Assembly: GCA_964404565.1 (NCBI GenBank)
Contig: CAYOKK010000003.1
Span: forward strand, 1-41,315
Source of the DNA: an uncultured Candidatus Saccharibacteria bacterium
GTDB taxonomy: Bacteria > Patescibacteriota > Minisyncoccia > Phycocordibacterales > Phycocordibacteraceae
DNA: 41,315 nucleotides
Direction: 5' to 3'
The stretch's first letter is position 1. Every line of letters begins with the position of its first letter. This document shows, in pieces, positions 7,091-19,000 of the stretch. The translations under genes and the position numbers were made by a program. A model generated the notes under the pieces. That model saw only the letters and a list, made by a program, of their open reading frames with translations, was not told the DNA's origin and searched no databases.

Positions 7091-10000
7091 ATGCCTGAGC
7101 TCTTTGAAGATTCACTCCACTCGACCATGATTCCGACGAAGGCTGCGTCGGAATTTTCTGGCTATCACGCCGACTACCTCGCGCGCCTCTGCCGCGAAGG
7201 GAAGATCGAAGGCGCGCAGATCGGACGGACGTGGTTTATAAATCGCGCGTCACTCGAAGAATTCGTCAAGGAGCAGGAAAAGAAGAAACAGGAACGCGCA
7301 GAGGAGCTGCGCACCGCGCGCGAGCGCGAGTATCGCCGCGCGCAACGGCCGATCATGCAGGCCGCCTTCGGCGCTGGCTTCGCTTCTGGCGTACGTTCGG
7401 CCATCGGCTCGGCGACCGGCTCTGCCCGGAGCGCCGCAGCATCTGCGCGGAAAGCCGTCGCACGCAACGCTGCGCCCGCCCGCCCGCGCGCAGCGCGTCG
7501 CACGCCGGTATCGCATCCCGCGCTTCATTCCGCGCCGACGACGTACTCGCGTCCGCTCGCGGCGCTCGCTGTCGCGCTTGCCGTGGTCGCCGGAACAGCG
7601 TACGCATCAACGAGCCCTGCGGTACGCGTCGCGCTCTCTTCGATTCCGGAAGCGGCGCGCAGCGTCGCGATGACGGCATCGCCGCTCCGTCCGCTCGCAT
7701 ACTCTCCGCTTCGCGCATCCGATGCGCCGCGCGGATCTGCGGATGCGGATGTCCGCGCGTACGTGCCGTCATCGATGCGCCCGCTCGCGTTCGAGGTTCC
7801 GCGCGCGCATGACGCAGCGCGCGCAGTGGCAGCTGCTGCAGCGCCGGCGGTATCCGGAAGCATCGCATCGCTCCACGCGCTCACGGATACGTCGCGCGCG
7901 CCGTTCGCGAGTACCGATGCAGGCGCAGATGCGGAAACAAATCTCGCATCGCTCGCGCATATCGCGCATGATCCCCTCGGCAGCGCGATCTCTGCCTACG
8001 TGTATACGGGCGTCTACGCACTCCGCATCGGAGAAACTATCGGCGATGCGTACCTCGCGGCGCTTCGCGGTACCGGCGAAAGCGCGCTCGCGCTTGCCGC
8101 AGGCGCGCGCGATACGTTCGCGTACGGCCAGGATGCGAGCAGAGCTCTTTTAGACGGCTACGCGCATGGTATCTATGCCTGGAACAGTAGCGCTCCCAAA
8201 GTAGCGGGAACGGCCGTGCTCGTGCTGTACGACATCGGAGACGCTCTGGGCGGCGCGACTGCAGAAGCGCCTGCGCTCGCCCGCACAGGCAATGAACGGC
8301 TCGCATACGGCATCGTCGATGCCTCGCACGCCGTTTCCGGCTCAGTCATGAACGCGGAAGCTGCAGCATTGGCGCCGTTCCTGCGGGATACGGCGGCCGA
8401 GCCGCAGGTCGCGCGCGCAGCGGCTCCGAACAGCGCAACGAGCATGACCGGAATGATTACGCGGCATGCACGCGCGCTTCATGCGCGCGCCGTTCAGACG
8501 GGCGGCGCGATCGCCGTACTGCCGCTCCGTGCAGAAAACATGATGCTCGGCACCGCCGGGTATGCCGCGTCGGTCATCGACGGAACTGACAGCCCGGCTC
8601 TTGCAGCGAACGCGGATGTACAGCGCGCGGCCGCATCGAACGGTGCGGCCTCTGAAGACGCTGCGCTCTCGGCGAGCGTCATCTCGTTCCTTCCGGATTC
8701 ATGGCTCGCTTCCGTCAGCAGCTTCTTCCGCGAAGCGGGCGATCTCGCGCAGGCGCTCGTCACGAGCGGCTTCCACTCGCTCGCGAGCCTCATGCCGGGC
8801 GGTACGGTCGTGACGCCGACGCTCACCCTCGTGAACACGGTTCCTGGAGAGATGCATGTGCTGCCGGTTCCTGCGCCCGGCCTTACGCGCCCGAACGATA
8901 CGGATACGAATGTGACGCCGAACGTCGGAGGAAATACGATCGTTCAGAATGTCGTAAACAACTATTTCCCGCAGACGGTCTTCGGTGGCAGCATGGATGA
9001 CGCGGTACTCGCGATCGTGCGGCCGTACGTGCGCGACAGCATCGAGGCGGCGCTCGACAGCGTACACCGGGGCGGCAGCGGCGGTACCGGAAACAGCAAC
9101 AGTAACAGCGGAGGAGGCGTATCGCAGGACGGCGCGACGCTCTCGAACGTGACCATCCAGAGCGGTACCGCAAACCTCTCATCCCTTACCGCCGGGCCGA
9201 CCGCCGTCAACGGCTCGCTCGACGTGACCGGCACGATCACTGCCGGCTCTCTTTCCGTAGCAAACCTTTCTTCCCAGAACGCGGTTATCGCGCCTTCCTT
9301 CGCGGCGACCGACACGCAGGCCACCTCGACCTTCACGAATCTCGACGCGACGAACGCGACCTTCGCGCAGGCGACGAGCACGGACTTCTACGCCCTCGCC
9401 GCGCACGTGGCAACCGGCATAATCGATACGCTCTTCGCGACGAACCTTTCCGCGACCTACGCGACCCTCGAGAACGCGACGACGACGAACGCGACCACCA
9501 CGAACCTGTTCGCGCAGAACGCCGTCATCCCGACGCTCTCTGGTACGAATGCGAACTTCGAGAACGCGACATTTGAAAGCGCCACCACCACGAACTTCAG
9601 CACGAACGCCCTTACGGTTGCCGGCCCGGTCACGTTCTCGAGCCTCGGCACAGGGCTCGTGAAGTCGGTAGGCGGCATCCTTTCGAATGCGGTTTCCGGC
9701 ACTGACTACGCGCCGGCAACCACCGGTTCGGGAATCCTCTACGGGAACGGCGCAGGCGGCTTCAGCACGGCGACCACCGGCCCGGGCATTTCATTTGCCG
9801 GCGGCATCCTTTCGCTCATAACTACCGGCGACTGGGCGGGAACGCTCGACGGCCATGAGGGCAGCTACTACCTCGCGAACTCCTTCAGCACCACCTCTGC
9901 CGATGCGTGGCTCACCGGAAAGACAACCAGCGACCTCACAGAGGGCAGCAACCTCTACTACACCCAGGGCCGCTTCGACGCTGCGTTCGGCGCGAAGACG

Positions 10001-13000
10001 ACCGATGCGCTCACGGAAGGAACCACGAACACGTACTTCACGAATGCCCGCGCCGTCACCGCGCTCACCGGCCAGAACGTTTCGCTCTTCACGAACGATG
10101 CCGGGTACCTCACCTCATACGCCGAGACAGATCCGTTCTTCACCGCAAGCCCTGCTGCCGGCATTACCGGTACGAACATCACCGACTGGAACACCGCGTA
10201 CGGCTGGGGCAATCACGCCCTTCAGAACTACTTCGATAAAGATACTGACACTACGGACGCGCTTGCAGAAGGCTCGGCCAATCTTTTCTTTACTGACGCG
10301 CGCGTCGGCTCGTATATCGCGAGCTCCTCAACCCTTCCGGCCTCGCTCAACTACTGGACCAAGAGCGGCTCGGATCTTTCATACGCTGCGGGCACCGTAA
10401 ACATTTCAAACCTTTCGATCGGGTCGCTCTCCGGCTTCCTCAAGGCGACGGCAGGCGCCATCTCGGCTTCGCTCATCGATCTCTCGACCGACGTGACGAG
10501 CACGCTCGCACAAGGGAACGGCGGTACCGGTTTCTCCAGCTACGCGCCGGGCGACATCCTCTACGCCGACGCCGGCGGCGACCTGCAGAAGCTTCCGGCA
10601 GGCAATTCAGGCGACGTGCTCAAGATCCAGGCGGGCATCCCTGCATGGGGTCTTGACCAGACCATCGGCGCAGGCGGGTCTGACGGCATCTTCGCTACCT
10701 CGTCCGGCCGCATCTATCCGCTCGACACCTCGAGCATCCTGCTCATCGGCACGGCGGCGACCTCGACCTCTAACTCCATCTTCGAGGTGAACGGCCAGCA
10801 GTACATCTCTGGACGGCTCGGCATCGGCACGACCTCGCCGGCGGCAAAGCTTTCGGTGGGCGGGAACGGCATCATCTCTGGGAACCTTACGGTCGGCGGC
10901 GCGCTCTCGTCCGCATCGGTCACCTCAAACTCGCTTACGCTCGGCGGTTCGACATTCACCTCGCTCCTAGGCAGCGGCCTCTCGAATGTGGCGGGTACGC
11001 TCACCCTCGATGCTTCCGGCGATTGGGTCGGCACTTTCGACGGCAATGAGGGAACCTACTATCTTGATCGCGCCAACCACACCGGCACGCAGCTCTCGAG
11101 CACGATCTCTGACTTCGCGAGCGCAGCGCGCGGCCTCTTCTCTTCAGCGGCAACCGGCCTCAGCTACAACAGCACCACCGGCGCTTTCACGCTGACACCC
11201 GGCTACGGCATCCCGCTTACGGCAAGCACCACGGCCTGGCAGTCTTTCTACGAAAATCCTTCCTCGCGCATTACCGCAGGCGATAATCTCTCATGGGCTG
11301 GAAACACCATCGATCTCGCGAACCTCACCGGCTTCACGACGGGCGACCTCACAGAGGGCAGCAACCTCTACTACACCCAGGGCCGCTTCGACGCTGCGTT
11401 CGGCGCGAAGACGACCGATGCGCTCACGGAAGGAACCACGAACACGTACTTCACGAATGCCCGCGCCGTCACCGCGCTCACCGGCCAGAACGTTTCCCTC
11501 TTCGCCAACGATGCCGGGTATCTGAAGGCGAGCAACAACCTTTCTGACCTCGCTTCGGCGTCGACGGCGCGCACGAATCTCGGCCTCGGTACGCTCGCAA
11601 CGCTCAATACTGTCAATGACAGCAATTGGTCGGGTACGGACCTCAGCGTCGCTAACGGCGGTACCGGCGTATCGACGCTTGCGAGCGGCCAGGTTCTGCT
11701 TGGCAATGGCACGGCGGCGGTTACCTCGGTTGCGCGCGGGAATGTGACAGGCGCAAACGGCATAACCGTGACGGGAGGCTTGAATGCAATTCTTGGCTCG
11801 GGCCTCGCGCTTTCCCTTGATACTGCTGGCGATTGGGTCGGCACCTTCGACGGCCATGAGGGCAGCTACTACCTCGCGAACTCCTTCAGTACCTCGAGCG
11901 CCGAAAACTGGCTCGGCACCAAGACTACTGACGACCTGCTCGAAGGCACCACCAACCTCTACTACACCCAGGGCCGCTTCGATACCGCCTTCGGTGCAAA
12001 GAGCACCGCTGACCTGACCGAAGGCAGTAATCTGTACTTCACCGACGCCCGTGCCCGCGGCGCGCTCTCAGCTTCCGGCCCGCTTTCGTACAGCACCACC
12101 ACCGGCGCCTTCGCGCTCGGCACCGTACCGATCGCCAACGGCGGCACGAACGCGACATCGCAGACTGTCAACGGCATCGCGTACTTCGACGGCACGAAGA
12201 TTACGACCGGCTCCTCCTTCACGTTCAACGGCACGGACGTAGCGCTCACGGGCGGCGTTATTTCTGCGCCGCGCTTCCGCGCGACCGACTCGATGAACGT
12301 ACCGGGATACTCCTGGAGCGACGACCCTACCACCGGCATGTACCATGCAGGCGACAGCCTCATCGGCTTTTCCACCGGTGGCATCGGCCGCGTATTCATC
12401 GACGCGAACGGCTTCCTGGGCATCGGCACCTCGTCGCCGTCTTCAGCGCTCACGGTGGAAGGGGATGCGCTCGTGAACGGGAACCTTACGGCGACCGGAG
12501 CGCTTTCGGTCGGCGACAGTACCAAGCTCTTTACGGTGAACGACTCGAGCGGAAAGACGTTCGTCGACGGGAACGGGCACTTCACGACCGTAAGCCTCAC
12601 GGTAGACGGCGGCGCTACGATCACTTCGAATGCTAACTCGACTACGGGCCTTGTTATCAACGCGCACGGTACCGGACAGACGGCGAACCTGCTCGAGATC
12701 AACAACAAGAACGGCACGCGCGCACTGACGGTTACGCCTGACGGCAAGGTCGGCATCGGCACCGCTACCCCAGGAGCCAATCTCTCTGTCGTCGGTTCAG
12801 GCATCGGCGCAGAATACGGCATCAATGGCATGTACAGCACGAAGGGCGGGGGAGGCAACTTCGGCTCTACGGTCTGGAGCCTCGATACCGCGTACCAGGG
12901 CAGCGCATCAGGCGGCACATACAGCCCGGCAGGGCTCTTCGGGCTCGCGTACCTCCGAGCGTCGAATCCGAGCGCGAGCGCTGGAGTCGGCGAAGGGCTC

Positions 13001-16000
13001 TACGGATACGTGAACGGAGCTCAAAAGTGGGCGATCGGCGCGAGCGGCCTCGCGCTCGGGCCGAGCCTGACGATATCGAGCACGGGCGCGGTAGCGGGAG
13101 TGACCACGCTTGCTGCTTCCGGCTCTGTCACGTTCTCGAATCTCGGTTCAGGACTCGTAAAGAGCACGAGCGGCGTGCTCTCATCTGCCGTCGCCGGCAC
13201 CGATTATGAATCTCCGCTCACGTTCGGTACAGGGCTCAGCCGCATCGGAAACACGGTCACGAATGCAGGCGTGCTCTCCTTCAACGGCCGCACGGGAGCT
13301 GTCCTTCCGGCTTCTGGCGACTACACCACTTCCCAGGTTGCCGAAGGCACGAACCTCTACTTCACGAACGCACGCGCCGTCACCGCGCTTACGGGCCAGA
13401 ACGTTTCGCTCTTCACGAACGATGCCGGGTACCTTGCGGCGAGCAACAACCTTTCTGACCTCGCTTCATCATCGGTCGCTCGTACGAACCTCGGCCTCGG
13501 TACGCTCGCAACGCTTAACACCGTACCGATCGCCAACGGCGGCACGAACGCGACATCGCAGACTGTCAACGGCATCGCGTACTTCGACGGCACGAAGATT
13601 ACGACCGGCTCCTCCTTCACGTTCAACGGTACGGACGTAGCGCTCACGGGCGGCGTTATTTCTGCCCCGCGCTTCCGTGCCACTGATAGTGCCACCGCGC
13701 CAGGGTATTCATGGGCTGCCGATACGGAGATGGGCATGTATCGCGCGGGCGCGAGCCTCATCGGCTTTTCCACCGGCGGCATCGGCCGCGTATTCATCGA
13801 CGCGAACGGCTTCCTGGGTATCGGCACCTCGTCGCCTTCGTACGCGCTCGATATCGCCGGCGATGCAGATATCACTGGCGTATACCGTGTGAACGGCACG
13901 CAGGCGCTCTACATTCCGGAACCATTCGATGCGTCTGGCGGCTCGATCTTCGTAGGAAACGGGGGGAGTGCAGGTGACGGAGGATACAACACCAGCCTCG
14001 GCGCGAATGCGCTCTTGAACGTTTCGAACGCAGGGTTCGGGAACACAGCGATAGGTTCGGGTGCTCTTCAATACAATACCTTCGGAGGATCAAATACGGC
14101 AGTTGGTACCCATGCGATGCAAGCTAATGTCTCAGGGTATGGAAATGTAGCGATCGGTAACGATACTGCGGGAAGTCTCGAGACGGGAGCCAACAATGTT
14201 TTCATCGGGAGCGGTGCCGGAAGCAATATGAACGGCAGCAACAATATTGTCATCGGCGCGGGGATTTCCGCGCCCTCATATAGCGACAACGGCCAGCTCA
14301 CCATAGGAAACATCATCTATGGCACGAATATTGATGCGACGGGAACTACTGTAGATTCGGATGCAAGAATCGGCATCGGCACCAGCTCTCCGGCTGCTCG
14401 GTTTGCGGTGGAAGGGGATGCGCTCGTGAACGGCGCGCTCACTGTGAACTCGGCGACTATCGGCTCGCTCTCGGGCGTGCTCAAGGCGTCCGGCGGCGCG
14501 ATTTCCGGCGGAGCTACCACATCTGACCTCCCGGAAGGCACCAACCTCTACTACACCCAGGGCCGCTTCGACACCGCCTTCGGCGCGAAGTCCACCACTG
14601 ACCTTGTAGAAGGCAACAACCTCTATTTCACGAACGCCCGTGCCCGCGGCGCGCTCTCAGCTTCCGGCCCGCTTTCGTACAGCACCACCACCGGCGCCTT
14701 CTCGCTCGGCACGGTCGGCATCGCCAATGGCGGCACGAACGCGACATCGCAGACTGCCAACGGCATCGCGTACTTCGACGGCACGAAGATTACGACGGGG
14801 ACGGGACTCACGTACTCTGGCGGGAACGTCGGCATCGGCGCGACCTCGCCTAGCACGCTGCTCGAGCTGCGCGGTTCGGGCGGGTCTCCGCAGCTGCGCA
14901 TAGGCTACAGCACGTTCCCGACGATATATACCGATTTCGAGCAGCTGAGCAGCGGGCTTACTATATCGCCGACCGGACAATTCACCGTCGATACGTCATC
15001 GGGCAATGCCGACATAAACTTCGTTCTGGCCAGTTCGGGCGGAAACCCGCAGCTGAGCATAAAGTCAGGGGCAAGCACCTTTTTCCAGGCATATGGCGCA
15101 GGACAGAAGAAAGTGGCGATCGGCGCGGGGGTCAGCACCTCTAACGCAGCGACGCTCCAGGTTACCGGCGACAGCTCCTTCAGCGGCAAGGTTGGCATCG
15201 GCACGACGACCCCAGGATACCCGCTTACGGTCTCTGGAAACACCTACGTAAACGGCTCGATCATCGTAAACGGCTCTCACACCTTCGGGCAGCCTGCCGA
15301 TATCAGTGCGGGAACCTCGACTGTCGGAATTAACTTCTATCCTGATGCGCTGACTATTAGCGGCAGTGGAAACAGCTTCTTTAACTTCGACTGGTCGCAA
15401 GGCGATTTCGGCGGAGCGTACGACGGCGCTCCGCGACTGAGCATGGGATTCTCGCAGAGCGCGACCAGCCCGGGCCTCTACTTCTTGAATGATGACGACA
15501 CCGGTCTCTTCAGCCCGACCGCCGACACGCTCGGCTTCACGACGGCGGGAGTAGAGCGCCTCGGCATCAGCCCGACGGGCGTCGTATCGGTGAAAAACCT
15601 CACCACGGCCGGTCTTGTGAAGAACGATGCTTCCGGCAATCTCACGTCGCTCGCGTATGGAACTGCTGGATCAGTACTGCAGAGCACTGGCACCGGAGCG
15701 CAATGGGTCGCCACGAGCACGTTGGGCATCGGTGCTGCTATCGGCAGCGCGGTAACGGGAGGAACCGCGAATGCGGCGCTCTTTATCGACGCATCAGGAA
15801 ATCTCGCGCAGGATCCAGATTTCTACTTCTGGAACGACGCCACGCAGAAGCTCAGCATCGGGGATGCCGGCGTAATGGGCGGTTCCGGCGCGGTATCTAT
15901 CGGCGCGGACGGCTCAATCAAAGTTTTCAACAGTACCGGCGTGGCGAAGATCAGTATGGACAATACAGGCCACTTAATAGCCGGCTTCGCCGACATCGGC

Positions 16001-19000
16001 AGCGCCTTCATTGACAGTTCCGGTATTCAGGTCGGCGGGGGCCTTGGCACTGTTCTAGATAACAACGGCCTGACGACTGACGGCGGTTTCTATTATTTCT
16101 ATAACGGCACTCTGCGCGCTGAAGAAGTCTTGACCACAACAGCCACTATCTCCGGCTTCTCGACCGCGGGCATTGTTACGAACAGTTCGTCAGGTGCGCT
16201 CTCGACCTCCATCGGCGGCGCAGGCACGCTCCTTCAATCAACGGGCACGGGCGTGCAGTGGGTAGCAACCTCGTCGCTCGGCATCAGCGGAGGAATATCG
16301 ATCGGCGATACGGTCGGCTCGGCGACGACGGGCTCGCTCCTCTTTGTCGGAGCGTCCAGCGCGCTCGCCCAGGACAATGCCAATCTCTTCTGGGACGACA
16401 CCAACAACCGCTTAGGTCTTGGCACCGCCGCTCCTTCCTACCCGTTGGATGTTCTCGTGCCCGGCGGCCAGGCGTACGGCATGCGCATCAAGGGCGGCGA
16501 CTGGGATGACGCCGGACTCCTTCTTGAGTCAAACACCACCAGCGGCAAGCCGGTACTTACGCTCCGAGAAAACGGCGGTCAGAGTTTCCAGATCTTCGTG
16601 AATAACAGCGATCAGGCTCTGTACTTCAACCCGAGCGACAATTTCAACTCGCCGGAGGCGACCAGCATGGTACTGAAGCCCAATGGCGACCTGACGGTCG
16701 CAGGAAAGATCGGTATCGGCACGACTTCGCCGTACGCCAAACTCTCTGTCGCGGGCGACATCGCGCTCACGGGCGGGCTGTACGACTCTAGCGCTTCGCG
16801 CGGTACCGCCGGCATGGTGCTCCAGACCACCGGCACGGGCGTGCAGTGGGTCGCCACCTCGACGCTCGGCATCACCTCATCTCCTGCCGGCGCGAACACG
16901 CAGCTTCAGTTCAACAACAACGGCGCGTTCGGTGCGGATGCGAGCCTCACGTATAACGCGACGACGGATACACTGTTCGTCAAGTCGCTTTCAGCAGGCG
17001 GCGGCGGAACCGTCTATTTCGACGACGGTCTCAGCTTCTCTGGCGGGTACGGGATAGATTTCTCTGGAAATGCAAGCTTCAACGGAGTCTCGGTTGCCGG
17101 AACAGCGAAGTTCGCTGACGGAAGTTCTCTCGCGCCGAGCATCACCTTCGCGAACGATACGACTGCGGGAATATACAGGCCAGCGTTAGGTATTCTGAGC
17201 CTTGTCGCGGATAGCGGCACGACGGAGATGATACTGGATTCAACCGGCGTGGATCTGTACGGATATCTGACCGTTGAAGATGGCCTCGGTGTCGTCGGTG
17301 ATATTTCCGCGACAAACATAACTGCAGCCGGTACGGGGCGTTTCGACCGGATCGGTCTGGGCAGCTCAAGCCCGGATTCTGCTATTCCTCTTACAGCGTC
17401 ACGTGATGCGGCCGGTACCGCCACGGTTATGCAGCTCATCAATACTCATTCGCTCGATGGAGGCTTAGTACAGGCAAACAATGGCGCCGAGATCCTCTTC
17501 AAGGACTACCGGAATTTCGGCATGCCTGGAGGCGTCGCCTTGACCAGCGTCAGCTCTATCACCTCGATTCTCACCGATGCATCTAGCGGAGGGTATAAGG
17601 GAGCGCTTACCTTCAGCACAGCAAATGGCGCAGCTCCCGCTGAACGCCTGCGTATTGATAACGCGGGCAACGTCGGCATCGGCACCACCTCGCCGTATGC
17701 GAAGCTCACGGTCGCGGGCGACATCGCGCTCACGGGCGGTTTGTATGACAGCAGCGCCTCGCGCGGCACCAGCGGCATGGTCCTGCAGACCACGGGCACC
17801 GGCGTGCAGTGGGTGGCCACGAGCTCGCTCGGCATCAGCGCTGCCCCTGCCGGTGCGAACACCCAGCTGCAGTTCAACAACAATGGAGCGTTCGGAGCTG
17901 ATGCGGGGCTCACGTACGATACCGCGACAGATATCCTCAGTATTGCGGGAACTATCCAGCTCTCGAGTGGAGCGGGAAATATTTCGATCGGTGCAAGCAA
18001 TACCTTAGGAGGTTCAACTGGCAATGCTGTTGCTTTGGGTAATTCCAATATCTCGAACAACTATTACAGCACCGCCGTTGGGTACGGAAACTCCGCTACT
18101 TGGCCTCAAGCTACGGCTCTTGGAGTCAGCAACAATGCTGGAGGAACAGGCGCCACTGCGCTCGGGTACAGCAATATTTCTGCGCCTGGCGCTACTGCCA
18201 TAGGCTATTCCAACAATGCTAGCCAATTGAATGCTGTAGCTATCGGCTACGACAACACTGTTTCCGCCAGCGGCGCCTCAGCTTTCGGCAGCAGCATTAC
18301 TAACAGCATCGCGAACTCGACCATGATCGGCCCGAGCGATACCGCGAAGCTCACCATACTTTCTTCTGGCAACGTCGGTATCGGCACCACGACGCCGGAA
18401 GCAGCTTTGGACGTCTACGTTTCAGGCGCATCTGCCGGCGCGCCGATTACCGCTGCGGTCTTCGAAGCGCACGCGACATCCGGCGGCCTTACCGGTTTCG
18501 GCCCGTCGATCGATTTCAAGGATGGTTTCGGCGGCACGTCGATATCCCAGCGGAATATGGCGAGGATAGCGGCGGTGTATGAGACAGATGCATCATCAAA
18601 CAACCTCGGAGCGCTTTCGTTCTACACGAACGGGTCGACCACTGCTGGAGCAGCGCCAACAGAGAAACTCCGGATCACAGCAGCGGGGAAGGTGGGCATC
18701 GGCACAACGTCGCCTTCCGCAAAGCTCGCGGTCGCCGGCGATGCCTACATAGACGGGAACCTCACGGCGACAGGCACCACGACCTTCAATGGCACGCTCA
18801 GCATGACGGGCAGCATCATCCCGAGCGCAGACAACACATACTCGCTCGGCTCGCCGACGAACATGTGGAAGGACATCTACGTCGGTCCTGGCTCGCTCTA
18901 CGTGAACGGGCAGGAGGTCGTGCATACGGACCTTTCGGAAGACGTCGTCGTGTCGGCCAATTCGGGCCAGAACCTCGTCCTGCACACCACCGGCTCAGGG

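Noticed and set aside
6873-7130. 85-aa ORF in the long intergenic region
   Set aside because: TTG start, overlaps the giant gene start out of frame, atypical composition and no motif
9846-14800. Repeat pairs as a diversity-generating retroelement TR/VR
   Set aside because: Mismatches in the conserved blocks are C/T and G/C synonymous changes rather than adenine-specific; both copies are in-frame coding; no reverse transcriptase in the window
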